A stretch of 64,000 bases of DNA, taken from contig JBDKTL010000021.1 in the NCBI GenBank assembly GCA_039698055.1, positions 32,001 to 96,000 on the forward strand. Reading direction: 5' to 3'. Position numbers and translations under genes: made by a program. Below, piece after piece: positions 61,016-64,000 of the stretch. A model generated the notes under the pieces. The model had not been told where the DNA came from. It was given only the letters and a program-made list of their open reading frames with translations, and ran no database searches. The stretch's first letter is position 1. The number at the start of each line of letters is the position of its first letter. This stretch comes from Methanoregula sp. (GTDB lineage Archaea; Halobacteriota; Methanomicrobia; Methanomicrobiales; Methanospirillaceae).

Positions 61016-62465
61016 TATCCTGCCTCCGTTCGATCCGGTCGTTGTTCTCCGGGGTGAGGGTGGTGGTTGTATCATAATCGGAGAGCAGTTTTGCCACGCC
61101 GACAACTTTTGATTCGTCAGCCCGGCTGGTGTTCAGCTGCAGCTTGCATGCGGCACAGTCACCGTTGCAGAATATCCGTTCATAGTGGGCCGGTTCCTGG
61201 TACGTGCAGATGACCCCTTCGTAATTCCGGAGCACGACCTTGTGGACAGACCATGTCAGCAGGTAATTGGGAAACACAGGAATTTTCCCGCCACCGCCCG
61301 GTGCATCGATCACGTACCGGGGAACGGCAAAACCGCTGGTATGCCCGATCAGGTTCTCCATGATCTCGATGCCTTTGGATACCGGTGTCCGAAAATGGCT
61401 GATGCCTTCGGACAGGTCGCACTGGTAGAGGTAGTAAGGGCGGATACGGTTCATGACAAGCTGGTGGACGAGTTCTTTCATAATCCGCGGGCAGTCGTTG
61501 ATCCCGGCCAGCAGTACCGACTGGTTCCCCAGCGGAATACCGGCATCGGCAAGTTTAGCAATTGCCGCCCGGGCGGATACGGTCATCTCCTTTGGATGGT
61601 TGAACTGCGTATTGACCCATACCGGATGATGCTTTTTTAAGACGGCGACAAGATCGTCTGTAACCCGAAACGGCAGGACGACCGGTACCCGGCTCCCGAT
61701 CCGTATAACTTCCACGTGCGGGATGGCACGGATTTCAGTCAGGATCCAGTCAAGGTAATCGTCGCTGAGCATGAACGGGTCTCCCCCGGAGAGGAGGACA
61801 TCCCGGACCTGCGGGTTGTTCCGGATATATTCAATGCCTTCGAGGATTTTTTCCCGGTCCGGTATCGAGTCCACGTCGCCGACTTTGCGTTTCCGGGTGC
61901 AGTGCCGGCAGTACATCGCACAGGTATTGCTGACAAGGAAAAGGACCCGGTCCGGATACCGGTGGGTGATGCAGTCGCACGGGCTGTCTTTATCTTCGGC
62001 GAGCGGGTCGGCAAGTTCGTAATTTTCGACAATCAGTTCCTGCGGCGAGGGGAACGCCTGTTTGAAAATGGGATCGTTCTGGTAATCGTTCACATCGATG
62101 AGGGAGAGGTAATACGGGGTTATGCTGAGCGGGAACTTGTCGATCGTTTTCTGGATCTGCTCCCGGTTTTCCAGGGAAAAGGTAATTCCAAGTACCTGCT
62201 GGAACGTGTCGAGATCCCGGATGGTATGACGGATCTGCCAGCGCCAGTCCTTCCAGTAATCCGGGGTATTTTCCGGCACCCGGATCTGCCGGATCATGCC
62301 GGGGTCCCCGGACTGTTCCGCACCGTAATAATGTCCCTTCAGGAGAGAGACAATATCCCTGACAGAATTTTTAACCTGCCCGCTCAGGTTTTCAAATGAC
62401 AGGGCACCATCGCCGGAAATTGAGGACTGCCGGGCTCCTTTGAGGGTAGCCGGTTTTTTTATCAT
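61005..62465 (-). CDS. ablA: Lysine 2,3-aminomutase
   Basis: [29 protein letters not shown] and IDAPGGGGK (both substrate Asp residues and the PLP Lys), C-terminal Zn-binding Cys cluster. Confidence 0.93.
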   Translation of the reverse strand: MIKKPATLKGARQSSISGDGALSFENLSGQVKNSVRDIVSLLKGHYYGAEQSGDPGMIRQIRVPENTPDYWKDWRWQIRHTIRDLDTFQQVLGITFSLENREQIQKTIDKFPLSITPYYLSLIDVNDYQNDPIFKQAFPSPQELIVENYELADPLAEDKDSPCDCITHRYPDRVLFLVSNTCAMYCRHCTRKRKVGDVDSIPDREKILEGIEYIRNNPQVRDVLLSGGDPFMLSDDYLDWILTEIRAIPHVEVIRIGSRVPVVLPFRVTDDLVAVLKKHHPVWVNTQFNHPKEMTVSARAAIAKLADAGIPLGNQSVLLAGINDCPRIMKELVHQLVMNRIRPYYLYQCDLSEGISHFRTPVSKGIEIMENLIGHTSGFAVPRYVIDAPGGGGKIPVFPNYLLTWSVHKVVLRNYEGVICTYQEPAHYERIFCNGDCAACKLQLNTSRADESKVVGVAKLLSDYDTTTTLTPENNDRIERRQDNAD

Positions 62466-62479
62466 ATAAATGCACCCCC

Positions 62480-63604
62480 TTAGAACAGCCACATCTTTTT
62501 TGGCTCGAAATCGGTCAGGGCATGACGGTAATCGTCAAACCAGCGGGCATCCGGATTACTGCGGAATACCATGAACTTCCCGATATTTGCAGCATCGGCT
62601 GCCTGGTGATACCGCATAAATACGTGTTTTGCGGTCTTTCCCACGACTTCAATCTTCCCGGTTGCATGCGACATGACAAACCGGGCGCGTTTTGCTACAC
62701 CCGAACATTTCTGCCAGGCGGTCTGGATCATCTGGTACGACTGTTCCACCGGTACCTGGAAGAACCGGTTGCCGGTCGATGGCCGGCACTGGAACACGTA
62801 ATACGGGGAGATGCCGGAAAATGAGAGGCTCTTAAAGAGATGAGTGAGCACGTCCGGATCGCTGTTGACACCCTGAAGGATCGGTGTCTGGCTGACGACA
62901 GTAACACCGTTTTTCTGCAACTGTTCTGCTGCACGGATCGAGACATCCGAGAGTTCCCGGGGATGGTTGAAATGCGCCATCAGGTATACCCGCTTTTCCG
63001 GGGTGCTGTATCGCGAGAACATCGAACAGAGATTTGGATCATCAAGTATCCGGTGCGGGTTGTAGGCGAGCATTTTGCTGCCGATCCGGATCACATTGAC
63101 ATGACTGATCTCGCGAAGTTCCTTTAACGTCTCCTCGAGTTTGCGGGTTTCAAGGGTCAGCGGGTCGCCGCCGGTCAAGAGAACGTTGGTAATTTCCTTA
63201 TGTTCGCGGATATACTCAAGCCCGCAGGAAATATCCTTGACGGTTTCACGCTCCTTGTTCATAAAGAGCCGTTTGCGGAAACAGAAACGGCAGATGCCAC
63301 CGCAGACATCGGACATCATCAAAAGCGCAGTCTGGTCGTACTTGTGCTGGAGCCCGGGCTGCCGGGTAAAATCTTTCTCGCGTGACGGGTCAAACGATCC
63401 CTGCCCGTCTAATTCACGGAGGTCCGGGATCACGATTTTACGGATCGGGTCATCCCGGTCTTTCCAGTCAATGAGAGAAAGGTAATACTCGTTTGCCCGG
63501 AAGGGGAATTTCTCACAGACTTTTTCCATGTCATTGCGTTCACGGGGAGTGAAACCAACGAGATTATCAAGTTCGTCAATAGTACTCAGGTATTTCGTAT
63601 GCAT
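62480..63604 (-). CDS. Second KamA-family radical SAM/PLP aminomutase-like protein, substrate unknown
   Basis: [35 protein letters not shown] and FVMSHATGK motifs. GAGGT RBS. Confidence 0.85.
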   Translation of the reverse strand: MHTKYLSTIDELDNLVGFTPRERNDMEKVCEKFPFRANEYYLSLIDWKDRDDPIRKIVIPDLRELDGQGSFDPSREKDFTRQPGLQHKYDQTALLMMSDVCGGICRFCFRKRLFMNKERETVKDISCGLEYIREHKEITNVLLTGGDPLTLETRKLEETLKELREISHVNVIRIGSKMLAYNPHRILDDPNLCSMFSRYSTPEKRVYLMAHFNHPRELSDVSIRAAEQLQKNGVTVVSQTPILQGVNSDPDVLTHLFKSLSFSGISPYYVFQCRPSTGNRFFQVPVEQSYQMIQTAWQKCSGVAKRARFVMSHATGKIEVVGKTAKHVFMRYHQAADAANIGKFMVFRSNPDARWFDDYRHALTDFEPKKMWLF

Positions 63605-64000
63605 CGTCAAACCTCACTTTTTCTTAAGGATTTTCCCTGATTTTACAAGCAGGGCTCAGTGGCACGCAAAAACTACAGATTACCAGTAAAGGATACAGAT
63701 TGTATGAGTGGCGCCACTTAAGTAAAACCTATTTTGACCCGAGTGTATAAAACCTTTCCGGGAACAGCGAGTGCAAAGCTTTCCGAATGCGAAACAGACA
63801 ATGCAAAATAGCCCGATTGAGAGCAATTGAAGACAGATCAATGGAGTATGGGCAAATGTGCCGCCTGTTATCCATTTTTTCAAGAATTCGTCATCATTTT
63901 GGTGTTCTTCGTGATTGTGGCGTTCAGAATACCGGGGGTGAAGTGCTTTTTATCGTACGGTATTACCGGCTGACCCCGCAGACGGATGACGGCAGTTAAT

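Overview
This window is chromosomal DNA from a methanogenic archaeon. The gene content (formylmethanofuran dehydrogenase, GGTGA/GGAGG ribosome-binding sites, ablAB, ThiC paralog) suggests Methanomicrobiales, possibly Methanoregula-like; this is an inference. From left to right: (1) the end of a chemotaxis locus (MCP, CheR) and housekeeping genes (RecJ-like DHH protein, NrdG-like activase, UPF0200 kinase, RNase Z). (2) A ~19 kb molybdenum/tungsten-cofactor region: MsrP-like oxidoreductase, ALDH, MoeA-PBP fusion, fmd/fwdDBAC and G, a single-chain DsrH-E-F (TusB-D-C)-like fusion, Mop, modABC and DUF364. (3) An accessory block: bicupin, DUF169 pair, ABC-2 exporter, a divergent thiC flanked by two related sequence copies, MNT/HEPN, LonA with MarR. 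(4) An ion/pH homeostasis block: CopA with YHS, CPA1 antiporter, Kup, P3A H+-ATPase, GadC-like permease. (5) A six-gene, mostly translationally coupled osmoadaptation operon: a second KamA-family aminomutase with charge-reversed substrate residues, ablA, ablB, mscS, a DUF6544-like protein and a YkgJ-family protein. The best novelty candidates are the second aminomutase (a possible beta-glutamate-type osmolyte enzyme) and the DsrHEF fusion lacking its canonical catalytic Cys. No tRNA, rRNA, CRISPR array or intact transposase was recognised. All family calls come from motif recognition by eye, not database searches.
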